A program made the position numbers and the translations under genes. A model generated the notes under the pieces. The model did not search any database and had not been told where the DNA came from. It saw nothing but the letters and a program-made list of their open reading frames with translations. A stretch of DNA of 64,000 bases from contig JASCQW010000105.1 of assembly GCA_030264375.1 (NCBI GenBank), positions 47,875,262 through 47,939,261 on the forward strand, in the 5' to 3' direction. This stretch comes from Carcharhinus longimanus. Lineage: Eukaryota. Below, in pieces: positions 1 through 12,929 of this stretch. How positions within the stretch are numbered: the stretch's first letter is position 1; each line of letters opens with the position of its first letter.

Positions 1-1114
1 ATATAGATACATGCAAATAAATGTATGCTGCATTTATAATTTCGTGTTTCTCATGTTACATAAGTGTAGAACCAGGCATAATACAATTAAATATTCAAAA
101 TCACTTGGGGTGGATCTTGACTGTGTAGGTGATAGCGAGTCTGCAGCCTGATTTACAGCTCAGTCAGGGTTTAATGATAATTGGGAGGGTTAGACAATGT
201 CAAAAATCTGCCCTGTTGTGCCCTAAATTATTTACAGCTTTATCTGACATGCTTACATCAAACAGTCCCCACTTTTGTTTCTTGATGGAAGCAGATGGCA
301 GCAGACAACACAGAATCATGTCTGCATTAGGTAAACCAGCAAGAGCTTACAACCATTCCAAGCTGGAACCCCTGAACAGCTGCACACGATCTCTTTACAT
401 GTTCCAAATCCCAGACGAAATTAGGGATGGTGTGAATTGCAGATAAGTGTTTGTTTAGAGGTAGAATTACCATGACATTGCACTATCCACATTAACCCTT
501 TGAGAAATCAGCATGCACTCAACTACAATACTTGGATTGGCCAGATTAACCCCTTCAGGTATTTAAAGTGTTTCAACGCTATGCCAAATGGCAACAATCA
601 TATTATTTAATGAATGCTCCACGATACAACACTTCACTGCTAGAAATCACTCTTACTTTCTCTGCTTCATGACTTCCTCCATGAACCTGTTTGCAACAAT
701 CTGTACAAGTGAACCTCGCAAAGCAGTGGTTCAACCTGTAGCTTAGGGCTGTGTGAATCTCATTGAATGTTCCATTGCCAATGTCACAATTCAAGAACAA
801 AAGAGACATAGCCCTGTTAAAAATGAAAAATAGAATTTTAAAATGTAAGTATTTGCATTTTTGAATGTAATTTATTTTAAACAGGATGACACTGATAAAA
901 TTGTGCACATAACATGGAATTTGACACAAAGACATAACCAATGTAACAAAATACAGCACAATAAAATGTCAACGACTGATTTTTCTGACTCCAAACCTCA
1001 ACTTCCAAAATTTAGTAAGCACCAGTGGATAGCAATGGCATTTTATACATGAATGCTATGATGTTTTGTTGCAGGGAAATTAGCTATAAAATTATTAGGG
1101 CTGGAACTTTGTAC

Positions 1115-1212
1115 ATACATTACCATAGTGACTAGCTTCAGAAGCATTTCATTGATTGTGAAGTGTTTTCAGAAGTCCTGAGGTTGTGACTGGCTCAATA
1201 AAAATAAGTCTT
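1115..1212 (+). mobile_element. Deu-domain SINE (SacSINE1/AmnSINE-like) 3' fragment
   Basis: tacattaccatagtgactagcttcagaagcatttcattgattgtgaagtg...gtcctgaggttgtgac resembles the recalled 3' part of chondrichthyan DeuSINEs; a similar stretch lies at 38945-39030. Confidence 0.45.
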
Positions 1213-2929
1213 AAAATTTCTTCATAATTACAAAATATTTACTGATTTGCCATTGATTTTTGTGGCTCTGTTCCTGTTGAGTTTGTGGCATCTGCTTCTT
1301 CAAGATAGCACAGCAGAAGAGGGTCATCTGGCTTGAGGGACCAATGGGAACAGGGAGTGAGTGATCACCCCAGAGGAGCACTCACTGCCTCTCTGAGGTG
1401 GAATCCACCTGGAAGCCATCTAGTAAGCATATAAAGACTGGAGCAACTGGGTAGACAGCTCCAAGGCACTCTAGGGCTACAAATCAGTGTACTAAGTTTC
1501 TCTTTCTTGTCCCAAATGAACTCTGAACTGTCTAGCTGATGCCTGAAGTGTCACTACATAACAGTCTCCAATTAGTTGAGATAAATGCACATACCAGCCA
1601 GAAGATCCATCTGAGCTTACAGCAAGGAGATTTAATGCTGCCAACTTCCTTTATTCCAAACAATGGTAACTTTACTATCATATCCTGCAGCAAGTTCACA
1701 TAGAAATGCTTTGGCATTTGTGGAAGACCAAGAAACAAATAGGCAGGGAAGTCTAAATCCTTACTGAGCACAAAAGAGGAAATGATTTACTGGTCACAAA
1801 AAGAACCAAGATCAATCTAACTTGCATTCCTCGGGCAAGTTATGTGCTGGTGAATCACAGCCAAATCAGTGTCCTAAAATCAGTTCCATTGGAATATGTT
1901 TCCTTTTGTGAAATATAGATCCATATAGGCAAGCACAGTAGTTGAATGCAATTATTTGTAGAAATTTCATCTGTCTGGTGCTCTCATATTGCAGCAGCTC
2001 AAACAGTAAAGGCTAAAATTTATGACAAACAAAATCAAACATTTCTACCAAAGCCCTCTAGCTCAGAAAAGCTACCCAAAGCCCTGCTTAAAGAACCAAC
2101 TCCTTCCTTGGCTCATTGATTTTGTCCTCAGGTTTGTTTACCTGCTCAAAAGTACTGATCATCACTAGCAGTAGAAAGAGATCAAAGACAGAGCCCCGGT
2201 AACCACAGGCCAGTGTTCTTATCAGCTCTTGGTCAAATTCATAATAGATGAGAAGCTGTTGCAAATTTCACTCAACAACTTGCTGTCAGGTCACTGATGA
2301 TTTTTATATTATGGACTGTGTGTAAGAGCTGAACACACAAACCCAGCAGAGTGATGGGAAAAATGCATTGCCTGCAGATCAGGATGCTGGCCTTGATGAA
2401 TCATGTATTAATATAAGTAATTTTTCTGCACATGATGTGATAAGAACATCAAGGTTCACCGAGTAGATTTTATCCACTGGTTGCATACGATATGCTGAGA
2501 ACAATAAGAGGTGAGGGACTGGCTATTCAATACCAGCAAATCATCAAGAACTACTGTCTGACTGCAAAAGCTGCCCAACTGCAGATCTGAAGGAAATAAC
2601 TTTCATGCATTAGTAATGTTATAACACAGGTAAATGTGACTTAATAGTGACTGTATAGCTTAAATACAACATGGTACAATTGACTTGGGAGAACTCCAAG
2701 CACAGGTTTATTTAGCAGGGTTGTGCGCTTAGGGATTTCTGATGTTATAGTTCAGGATTCATGATAATTCTACGAATGGTGCTGCATAAATATTGTGGAA
2801 TTATCATGTTTAATAATGCATGGCTAGAGCAATTAATTATAAAACTGCATAAACAATTCTTTTCTTCATATAAAGGTGATGTCACATCCAGAATATTTTG
2901 TCCAATGTTGGTTCCAAACAGTTTTATGG

Positions 2930-3855
2930 TACATAAAGAGGCCCTTCAACCCATTGTCTCTGCACCAACCATCAAGCACATATCCATTCTAATCCCAGTT
3001 TCCTGCACTTGGCCCATAGCATTGTACACAAAGGCGTTTCAAGTGCTCATCTAAATGCTTCTTACATGTTGTGAGGGTTCCTGCCTCTGCCACCCTTACA
3101 AGCGATGAGTTCCAGATTTCCTCTGGGTGGGAAAGTTTTACCTAAATTCCCTTTCAATCCCCTGCACCTTATCTTAAATTTATGCAGCCTGATTACTGAC
3201 TGCTCTACCAAGGGGAAAAATTTCCCCCTTTTTACCCCATGTCCCTCATAATTTTCTACACCTCAATCAGGACCCCACTTACCCTCCTCTGCTCTAAGGA
3301 AGTCAACCTCAGCCTATCCACCCTCTCTTCATAGTTGAAGCACTCCAGCCCTCGGAACATCCTGGTGAATCTCCTCTGTGCCCTTTCGAGCGGTCACATT
3401 CTTCCTGTAGCATGGCAACCCAAACTGCACACAATATTTTAGTTGTGGCCTAACAAGCAATTTATACAGCTCCATCATAGCTTCCCTGCTCTTATAGTCT
3501 ATGCCTGAGCTAATAAAGGATGTATCCCATATGTCTTCTTAACCTGCCCTGTTATTTATTTGTCCTGCTGCTTTTAGGGATCTATAGACATGCACCCCAA
3601 AAGTGTCTCTGGTTATCTGTACTTCCTACTGTTTACTGTGCATTCCTTTGCTTTTTTGGCCACCCAAAGTGCATCACCACACACTTTCCAGGGTTAAATT
3701 CCATTTGCCACTGTTCTGCCCACCTGACTAGCCTGTCTATATTGCCCTGTAATCAAAGGCTTCTCTCCTTACTAGTTACCACACCAATTTCCATGTCATC
3801 CACAAACTTACTGATCATACCTCCTATTTCCATCTCTAGATCGTTAATATACACT
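2930..3855 (-). mobile_element. CR1-clade LINE, 5'-truncated 3' fragment (RT C-terminus plus tail)
   Basis: Minus-strand translation VYINDLEMEIGGMISKFVDDMEIG is the decayed CR1 RT 'SKFADDTKIG' motif; CR1-type 3' tail near 2930-3030. Confidence 0.85.
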
Positions 3856-4094
3856 GTGGGTGCATGAGAAAAGCCAGGTGGGCAAATGTTAGAGAAAGCG
3901 TGTGGGCGTATGAGAGAGAGAGAGACTGAGGAAGGGAGCAAGAGAGAAAGCCCAGAAAAGTTTCAGAGAAAAGCACTAGATTTACATAATTTCACAACCT
4001 TCCATTTCCAAATCAATGGAGAGAGCTGGGGAATCTAATCTTGGAAAAGTGTAAACATCAGCATGTAAATCCATCAGACTGGTTTTAAACTCTA

Positions 4095-4230
4095 TTTGGC
4101 CCAGTGAGACCACATCTGGAATATTGTGCAGAATTTTATTCTCCCAGTTTGAAAAAGGATATTCACTTATTGGGAGGATGGGCAGACATGCTACACGGTT
4201 CATCTCAGAACTTAAATAACCAATTTAGGA
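4095..4230 (+). mobile_element. CR1 LINE fragment
   Basis: Translates to RPHLEYCAEFYSPSLKKDI, matching the CR1 ORF2 'VRPHLEYCVQFWSP.LKKDI' motif. Confidence 0.75.
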
Positions 4231-5627
4231 GCAAAGACTGGCCACCCTGTACTGCACCCTGGGTCCTTTGTTGCCTGAAAAAGGAACAGTGAACTTTTAC
4301 AGTAGAACTGTTTAACTTAGTGTATGGGCAAATTAGATCCAAGTGAGCTTTTTTTTTAAAACAAAAATTAAACACAAAGGCTTTAGATCACAATTGCATC
4401 AGATTCACGTGTTGTGGAACTCCTATTTCAATATATTCCTAAGGCTCCTTTCCTGTTTCAGGCATGAGGGATGACGCTTAAATTGAAATCTGCTCAATAA
4501 TCACAATAGACCAGCCTCTAGCAGCAAGGCACTGTCAAGTTTCAACAAAATGTTTTCTTGTTATCATCCTTTTCACAAATAATCCATCAATGTCTCCTCT
4601 GCTGCCACCCATCAAACCTGATATGCAAAATGAAGCTTTTTCGAAGGCTCTTAGTTTGGATATTGGCTTGACTTGGATTGGCAGAACTTGCCAACTGCAC
4701 TGTCAAGCTTTCGCACCACCAAGATAGATCCAGCAGATGGTGAGGATTAAATCAGGGGGAAATACCACAGCACTTACTTGAGGCAAAGTGAGGTCATTGC
4801 CTCCAAAGATTCATCTGTTTCAAAGTCTGATCTATGGAGATTTCTATTGCAGGTGAATTGAAACCGCTATTAAATTTGACAAGTCCATCAAAACGTTTTA
4901 CAATCCAGCTGTTTACTTGTCCTTAGAAAATAATGATGCTTAACCAGACTCAGTTCTGACAATGACTGCATAACCCTTTTATCTAGTTAAAAGAAACAAA
5001 GAAATTTCTGTAATGCTAGCCCTTTGGCAGCTATTTCGATTCTAAATTCTTTTTGAAACAATTCCAATATGCTAATTAATGTTAAATCCACTTCTACTTG
5101 GTGCCATTTTCCTTTATAGCTACAAATGCTTTTTCCCCCTCTTTTTAAGAAATTTTCTCACTCTAACCAACAGCAGTAAGTGTACAATTGGTACAACTGT
5201 TTTGCATGGATTCACATTGCTCCATGACATTTAGCATCAACTCTTTGGAAAGAGCCCAATAATTCATCTGTACGCTATAAAGACTTATAATGTGCATAAT
5301 GTTGTTGTTCTTAAAATCTGGCAATTTTCTTTGCATTCTGATCATTAATCCTTATTGCTGTCAAATGCGATCACATGATAATAACTAGTGCTTAAAGCTT
5401 CAACAATAAGTTCTTTGAAGATTTGATTAATCTGATTACTTGATCAAATCAAAGATACTTTGCCTCTTGTTGGTTATTTCATACAAAGAGTCATAAATAT
5501 AACCTTACATTTGCTTTAGAAATTCCTTCCTTCTCTTACAATTAGCATAATTATTTACTACGTCTTGATTGAAAATAATCAGTCTTCTACTCTAAAGTTG
5601 ATAACTCTGAAGTTGATAAACTACTCT

Positions 5628-5758
5628 GAAGTTGATAAAGAAGGGTAGGATAAACTATGAAGCTGGGCTAGCACTTAATACAAAAAAGGATAGTAAGAGT
5701 TTTTATAAATATATAAAAAGGAAGAGGCTGGCTAGGGTGAACGTTGGACCCTTAGAGG
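5628..5758 (+). mobile_element. CR1 LINE ORF2 fragment running into an assembly gap
   Basis: Open frame LIKKGRINYEAGLALNTKKDSKSFYKYIKRKRLARVNVGPLE, typical of the CR1 segment between endonuclease and RT. Confidence 0.8.
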
Positions 5759-5858
5759 NNNNNNNNNNNNNNNNNNNNNNNNNNNNNNNNNNNNNNNNNN
5801 NNNNNNNNNNNNNNNNNNNNNNNNNNNNNNNNNNNNNNNNNNNNNNNNNNNNNNNNNN

Positions 5859-6005
5859 ATTTCCTTATTGCCATGTGATGGTTTCTCCTGTCTCTGCCTT
5901 TAAGGACAAAGGAAGCTTTAGCTACTCCCTTCCTTTTCACATATTTGAAAATGTCATGGTGCAATAAATGTTCAATATTAATCTTTAATTTCATCAGCTG
6001 GTCAA
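5859..6005 (-). mobile_element. CR1 LINE ORF2 fragment, inverted relative to the copy left of the gap
   Basis: Minus translation IFKYVKRKGVAKA is the same ORF2 segment as 5700-5758. Confidence 0.7.
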
Positions 6006-6606
6006 ATATATATATAAAAAAAAAACTTTTTGAAAGAGACATCAAGGCACACAAAACATGGTATAAAGCTACGTTTCAAGCAGAGACAGAAATTCTTGGA
6101 AAATGGGGATGGGTTTTTCCTAGTTCATTGTCTATTGAGTAATGGCTGGAGCATTAAATAAATCAATCACCAAGGCCAGGGTCTGTCCAGACATGAGCTA
6201 ATCGATTAATTTTTAGGAATATACATCACTGATAGATAGATCATGCAACCAGTATCACCATTGAGAAATCTATTATATTACAACACCCTGGATGTTTATG
6301 GACAGTCTAAGAGTCATCTCACACGGGACAAATAACGCCACCTCTTTTCCATTCTGAAGTTCAAAGCCTCATCTCTGNNNNNNNNNNNNNNNNNNNNNNN
6401 NNNNNNNNNNNNNNNNNNNNNNNNNNNNNNNNNNNNNNNNNNNNNNNNNNNNNNNNNNNNNNNNNNNNNNNNNNNNNNNNNNNNNNNNNNNNNNNNNNNN
6501 NNNNNNNNNNNNNNNNNNNNNNNNNNNNNNNNNNNNNNNNNNNNNNNNNNNNNNNNNNNNNNNNNNNNNNNNNNNNNNNNNNNNNNNNNNNNNNNNNNNN
6601 NNNNNN

Positions 6607-6677
6607 CTTATTGAATGGCGGGGCAGGCTCGAAGGGCTAGATGGCCTACTCCTGCTCCTATTTCTTATGTTCTTATA
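6607..6677 (+). mobile_element. CR1 LINE 3' terminus emerging from a gap
   Basis: gaatggcggggcaggctcgaagggctagatggcctactcctgctcctatttcttatgttcttat is a CR1 3' tail with short terminal repeat; the same tail occurs at 14855-14900 (-) and 27244-27272 (+). Confidence 0.8.
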
Positions 6678-7429
6678 ACTTACAAATTTTGCATGTTGTG
6701 CGTGTATTGCGGATGGGGGGGATATACACTGCGAAGATCAGGACATGGCTTTACTGTTTCAAAAACATCTGCATCTGGATGGGTTTTTAGCACAATAAAA
6801 ACGGTTTAAAATCAAGAAAGCCTGCGGGATGGATTCATTTTCAATTAGCACACAAACAGTCAAGTACAGACACAGAATTAATACCTTCACCCTTGTATAT
6901 TCAACAAACGCCCATTATAAATCAATTGAGAAATTGAAAGGTCACGTTCTGAGATGTGTCCTCACTATTACAATTTAAAACCACTTAACGCCTTTCTATT
7001 CCTGGCTAGTTTATTCTCATATTCAACTTTTTCCACTTCAACTTTTTGGTAACTCTTTGCAGGTTTCATAAACACTCCCAATTCTCAGACGTATTACTAT
7101 TCTTCTAAGTTTTTTAAAATCTGTTACTGTCCTGAACGCCCTTTGTAAGCCATAGATACATTTTTTTCAATTCATTTTTACTTTTCAATGAATGTATTTT
7201 TGATGAATGTTTTGAATAGTTTCTTTACATGTTTTGCACTGTTTATTTTCTGTCATTGCTTGTTGTCTATTTACCTGTTGAACCTCAGCCAGCTCGCCCC
7301 TCACACCGATGTCATGGTTTTAGGTTTAAGATTCCTGTTTGTGATTAGAAAATGTTGTTTTCCAACTTAATGGGGAATCCAATTTTGTTATGATTACTAT
7401 TTCTCAGTTAAACCTTTACACCCCATTGC

Positions 7430-10070
7430 ACAATACGAGATCTTTAATTTATCTCGAATTGGTTCAGCAACATATTGTGCCAGAAAACTGTCACTAAAAT
7501 ATGCTACAAATTCATCTTTCAGGCCAACTTTGCCAAATGAATTGGGTCACTATATGAGATTAAAGTACTCTGCAACTGTTACATTACTTTGCTTCAAACA
7601 CCCATAATTAACTGTTTTAATGTCCTGCTCAATGGCATAACTAATATTAAGGGGCCTATAATTTTTCCCCATATTTTTCAGCCATTGCTGTTCTCAATTT
7701 CCAGCAATATGGACTCTACTTCCTGATTTTCTAAGCCAAGAATGTTTCTCAGAAACGTCCTTGCGATCTTTTTTCCCCTCAGGGCCAGTCCAGCTTTTCA
7801 ACTCCACCAGTGCTTTTGAAATGTTATGCACCCAGGAAGTTCCCACTTTTGGTCACCTTTTAAACGTCTCTGCAATGGAAAAGAATCTAAATCTCTATCT
7901 GCATGCTGAATATACACAATAGGGTAGATCAATGGGTGGCAGAAATAAAGTGATGTTAACTTTCTTTTTTACCACTATTCCCTGCAACAATCTTACTCTC
8001 CGATACATTATTACCATTAAACTCACATTCTGTCCCACATTAATATACTTTCTTGTCTCAACTTTTCTCTAAATCTTCCTTTACTCAAGCCCTCTTCTTC
8101 CTATGCCATTAATCCCTACCCTGACTATTTTTGCTGTTGCATTATGTTTGTATGTTCTGTCCCTTCCTGACACACTGATTACCATTTCCCATATCATTAC
8201 CCTGGTCCATTGACTGTCCTGTTTCTAACTTGCAAATTCTTCTGGTCATGTAAACCCTCACCCCATTACTTAGCTTAAAAGCTCCTTCTGTCTAGTTATA
8301 TAAATCACCAAGGCTTTAGTCCAAACACAGTTCATCTGACGATCATCCCAACAGTACAGCTCCCTTCTTTCCACAGTATACCATGTCCTCACTTAAAGTT
8401 GCTGCTGCATTTTACAATATTATGTGAAACAACTTTAAGTGAACCATGGGTTCCCATAAGAATCAATGCTAAAGCCAGAGTTAGGTTCCTCCAGACATTT
8501 CTCACTCAGAAAAAAAATACAAGTTTATAGCTCTGTACGTTCCTAACTGAAATAATTTGCGAAGTAAAATTACTTTTTTTTCACTAAATACAATGTANNN
8601 NNNNNNNACAAACACTTACACTCATCTCCAGTACAGTACTTTTTAGATTGACCAGTCTCCATCCAGTGGCAGAAGTTGGTGACTGCAGATAGTAATTGAC
8701 ATCCCAGCACTACCTGTACCAACCTAATTCTGCTACTCGATATAGCTCCAGATTTGAGTGCAAGTTGAAAATGGGTGCCGGCAGAGGGAACGTGGAAGCA
8801 CTACAAGAAAGCCATATGAGTCGGTGGGCCACAGAAAAGGTCGGTTAAAAACAACGTTAAAAAGTGAAACTGGCAGCATTAAATACTTACATTCACACTA
8901 AAAGTGAAACATTCAAGCCAGTGTTAAGTGGCAGCTTGCTGCACTGGTGCTGGTGCCCTCTGAATCAAAACATATTCCTCCCACGCTAACCTTTGAGCCA
9001 CACATTCAGTTGGCTGATCTGATTTACCCCATGCCAATGCGTTTGTGGTTCAGGTCATAATCCAGAGATTTCCATCCTTGTGGCCCTTTTTAATGTAGCC
9101 CCTGTTGTTCATGCTCCCCCACAGCAGAACCTAGTCCTAACTATGGCATTGATATGCAAATTCACTACGAAAGCTGGATCCTTCTGGCACCACATGTATT
9201 ATTGCTGCGATAAACCCCAGGACTTCCATGGGGAAGTCACTGATTGATCTCCCTATAGAGCTCATTGAATACAAGCTCCCTGGGGATTGGTAATTAACTA
9301 ACCAGGTGGCACCGGAATACTGATCCCTGAATAAAGCAGGGCCGAGTCCATTATTGTGTTGTCCCGGTTGGGAGCTATTGTGTTCACCAAAGGTTAGTGG
9401 TTTTGCTTTACTTTATTTTGTGCAACAAAGCACTGTTCCTTTACAGCTGACTCCTGGAGTTATTATAATTGCCTCTGCACTCTTGCTGTCAGCTGGAAAA
9501 ATCCTAACCAAACTATCCCCTACTGCAACCACATTCCTTTCTACTCTGCCCATTTCAATGGCTTCCAGCACCATGGTGCCATGGTCAGTCAGTTCATCCT
9601 CCTTGCAATCCCTGCTCTCGTCCACACAGGCTCAAGCTCCTGAAACCTATTGGAGAATTGCAGAGCCTGAAGCTCCGCCATTGTAGCCTTGAGTCCCCAT
9701 GCTGGCAGGACCATTCACCCAAATCAGTAATGCCTAGCCTAAGGTGTAGCTTTCCATTCTCTGATTGTAGGCCGAAGTTGTTGAGCTGCAGACATGGTTG
9801 CCATGGACCAATTCCAGTACACGGCTGTAACACATCACATGTCCTTCCATCTTTGTGCTTATTTCACTCATTAGGTTTTACATTTAGAAACACTCAACTG
9901 TTGCAGTTAGACTATTAATTTAATGCAATACTTGCTCTACTACAGAAGAGAAAATCCTATGGGCTCACCTAATCAATGGTTTTGAACAATCACCAGTTAC
10001 TGGGGGCTGAGAACAAGAGCAGCATGTCCTCTCCTCCTCTGAGCCCAAATATTAGAGTTAGCACTCATTC
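7430..10070 (-). mobile_element. Decayed 5' part of a CR1 LINE: 5'UTR, ORF1 with SGNH/GDSL esterase, ORF2 endonuclease; interrupted at about 8400-8960
   Basis: Minus translation RNVVAVGDSLVRI (GDSL at 9509-9520) is the CR1 ORF1 esterase motif; MEGHVMC-type ORF1 start near 9850; NYRPL near 7650 is the endonuclease 'VYRPP' motif. Confidence 0.7.
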
Positions 10071-10087
10071 CTCCTTGCAATCACTGT

Positions 10088-10354
10088 GGGCACTGGCAAA
10101 CACTGCTATCTCAGTGTCAGGGACCCGGGTTCGATTCCCAGCTTGGGTTACTGTCTGTGCAGCGTCTGCACGGGTTTCCTCGGGGTGCTCCGGTTTCCCC
10201 CCTCAGTCCGAAAGACGTGCTGGTTAGATGCATTGGCCATACTAAGTTCTCTCTCAGTATATCCAAATGGGCACCAGAGTGCGATGACTAGGGGATTTCC
10301 ACAGTAACTTCACTGCAGTGTTAATGTAAGCCTGTGACACTAATAAAATAAACT
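10088..10354 (+). mobile_element. tRNA-derived V-SINE, subfamily with Rex-type tail
   Basis: B box ggttcgattcc at 10128-10138; V-domain ggtttcctcggggtgctccggtttcc...gtccgaaagacgtgctggttag; tail aacttcactgcagtgttaatgtaagcctgtgacactaataaa. Confidence 0.9.
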
Positions 10355-11184
10355 AATTAACTTTTAAACTGTGCTCCCATTCATTTGTCACCCACTTAAG
10401 GCAGCGCATTAATGGCAGGGTAGGGAAGCAATCGACGAGTCTCCCCACCACAGGCTTAATTGCAGCAGAGCCAGGAAGGAAGTGAGGGTCCACCATCATC
10501 CCATCCAATTAAACTGTCACCCCGCTCATCAAACCTGCCACTAGGAGGGCATAAAATTACCTTAGTTGCATCCTGTAGATGGAAAGAGGGAATGCTGTAC
10601 AGATGTGATTAGTCACATCAATGCTTATCTTGGAACTTATCTTAGCTTTTCTTGTTCAGGGCTATTAAGCGAGTAAGTACTTTCAGTGGGATGATTCATC
10701 CAACGGGAAGTGCTATATCATCATCTTTACGGTAGGTTAACCAGACAGCTACCTGGTTGCAGAGTGTCCAATCTTTCCATGCAAAAGATGATTATGAATA
10801 AAATGAAAGATTAACATCAAACAACAAGAAGTGGGTCGTGTTACCTAATGTTTTATGCACTATGCGGAATATTTTTCAGCAAGGGGCCTAGACAGGAAAT
10901 GTAATCCAATCTCTCTGTATGTCAATCTGAAGCAGCTGCCTGAAAGTTTGCAAGATTAATCTGTAATGACATACCTTTTCATTATCCCTACTTTCCAAAA
11001 TACCAGCTCTCGTCATTCCCTCATTATACCATTTAGCCGTTTGTAAAACAAATCATTGCCCTGGCCTTCCAGTATATCCTTCAAAATTGTTATCATCCGC
11101 AGAGTAAATGTCTCTCCTGACTGAATCATGGCTTTTAAAATGATTGATGGCATTAAATCTATTTCCTATGAAGGGATAAGAGTT

Positions 11185-11224
11185 ACAGCATTTAAAGATG
11201 AACAGCATTTAAAGATGAACAGCA
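11185..11224 (+). repeat. 17-bp tandem duplication (acagcatttaaagatga, about 2.3 copies)
   Basis: Exact repeat read directly from the sequence. Confidence 0.95.
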
Positions 11225-12494
11225 CTAATTTAAAGGAGAACATTTTGGAAAGGTCCAAAAGAGAGAGAAAGCAGGAAGATGATAGAAGAAATCGTGACAA
11301 AAGCCAAAAAGAAACTGAACTGTTAGCAATTTTGCTAATCATTTTCACAAGAAAATTTCTATTGTTTGAACTTGAAGAACAGCATTAGAAACTTAACCTG
11401 AAAAGTGTCATTTTGAATTTGAGCCCTACCGAATACTTACTGTACAAATAAAAATGTACAAAAAGATGTGTGCTCACACTGGATTTACATCCTGTTCATT
11501 GAGTAGATAACTACAGTCCATAAATTTAATTCAATGCCCAAAGCAGGATGAGTGTAATTTTGGCAGAGCAGTGGGAGATGTTTTAGATGCTTTAAATTTA
11601 ATTTAATGTAAAATTTTCACCACTTCCTGAGCAGGTTGCAAAATTCTGCAGATGGCAAATAATTTTTCTGCCCTTACTACTTTGTCACACTAATGGCAGG
11701 GGCAGGCCCCCAGAGAGAGACACTGCCACCTACTCAGTCCATGGCAGGTATGCTTGTCATTGCTGCTGGAAAAGTGGCAACTTAATGAATGCATCACCCA
11801 GAACTTAAAAATGAGTAGATTTTCAACTTGCCTCCTGTGCATAAAAGCATCATCGTGGAGCAGCTGTCCAACACAGGAACGGCCTAGCTTTCGCTTCCTC
11901 TGGAGTGTGTCAACAGTTAGCTGAATCTTTGTGAGACAGCATTACATCAATCAATCAATCTGACCGTTTCTTTAACTGAGTTCATTTATTTAGAGTGGCT
12001 CAAAGCACCACAAATAAACCCAGAATTGGACAATAAATTATGTAAAAGTCTGGCATCAAACCTCTTAATTTGCCTCACAAACCCAATATACACAAATAGA
12101 CAACTCTCATATGTCAGGAAGATGCTATTTCACAAAATTCTGGCAGTAGCACTGAAGTTCCTTTAATCCATATAGAATACCAAAATCTAAAACGTTCACA
12201 GGTGAAGGTGCAGCAGATTAGGACTCCCAAATGTCTATGGACAAATGCACAAACCCAATCATAAATTTGGAGTCAAAGTTGGGTATGGTCACCTGCATCA
12301 ATGAGGCTGCATGAGGGATACCTGATCTATTTTACTGGTAATAGTGAGAGCATCTCACAGCAAAAGACAAGTAACATTTTTTCTTCAGCTCCTCAGGAAC
12401 CAAAGGGCAATCTTCTAAAAGGTAATTGACCTCGAAGATGATCAATTACTCTCACACTGAACCCTCTGCAAATGTACCATGATAAATCCCCTCT

Positions 12495-12850
12495 GCTTAG
12501 TGTGAACTGCTATGTGGGAAAGTGTGGGGATATGTACTTTGGGTCCAAGAAAGACAATTGGAGTCTTTACTTAGCAGTGAGAAACTCGAGGCCGTGAAGG
12601 AGCAATGGGATTTAGGTTTCCATCTGCACAAATCATTAAAAGCAAGTGCGCAAGTGAAACAAAAAAGCAATGGAAACAATTAATGGTCTGTTGGTCCTTA
12701 TTTAAAATTCTATTTGTTTAAAATTCCAAAGTAAGGAAGTGATTTTTTAGTTCTACTCAGTGTTATTTTAATCCGACTGAAGTATTGAAATGTTTTGGGC
12801 ACTGAACCTCCGAAAAAATTTGCAACTTTCCAGGCTCCAGGGTTCAATAA
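12495..12850 (+). mobile_element. Old CR1 LINE fragment (RT C-terminal region)
   Basis: Decayed 'KC.V.HFG' and 'EQRDLGV.VH.SLK' segments (gagcaatgggatttaggtttccatctgcacaaatcattaaaagc). Confidence 0.65.
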
Positions 12851-12929
12851 TGTCAGATCACAATGACTGCTCCCACATTGTTTTTGTTTTAGGGGGGGTG
12901 GTGAGGTGGGGGAATAGCAGGTAATAATC

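Noticed and set aside
10088-10160. tRNA genes at SINE heads (also 25049, 48330, 53057)
   Set aside because: A and B boxes are present but run into the V-domain, with no cloverleaf
10660-10672. Plus-strand 13-nt microexon (ttttcttgttcag|...|gtaagt)
   Set aside because: Good sites but not frame-preserving and no partner exons found
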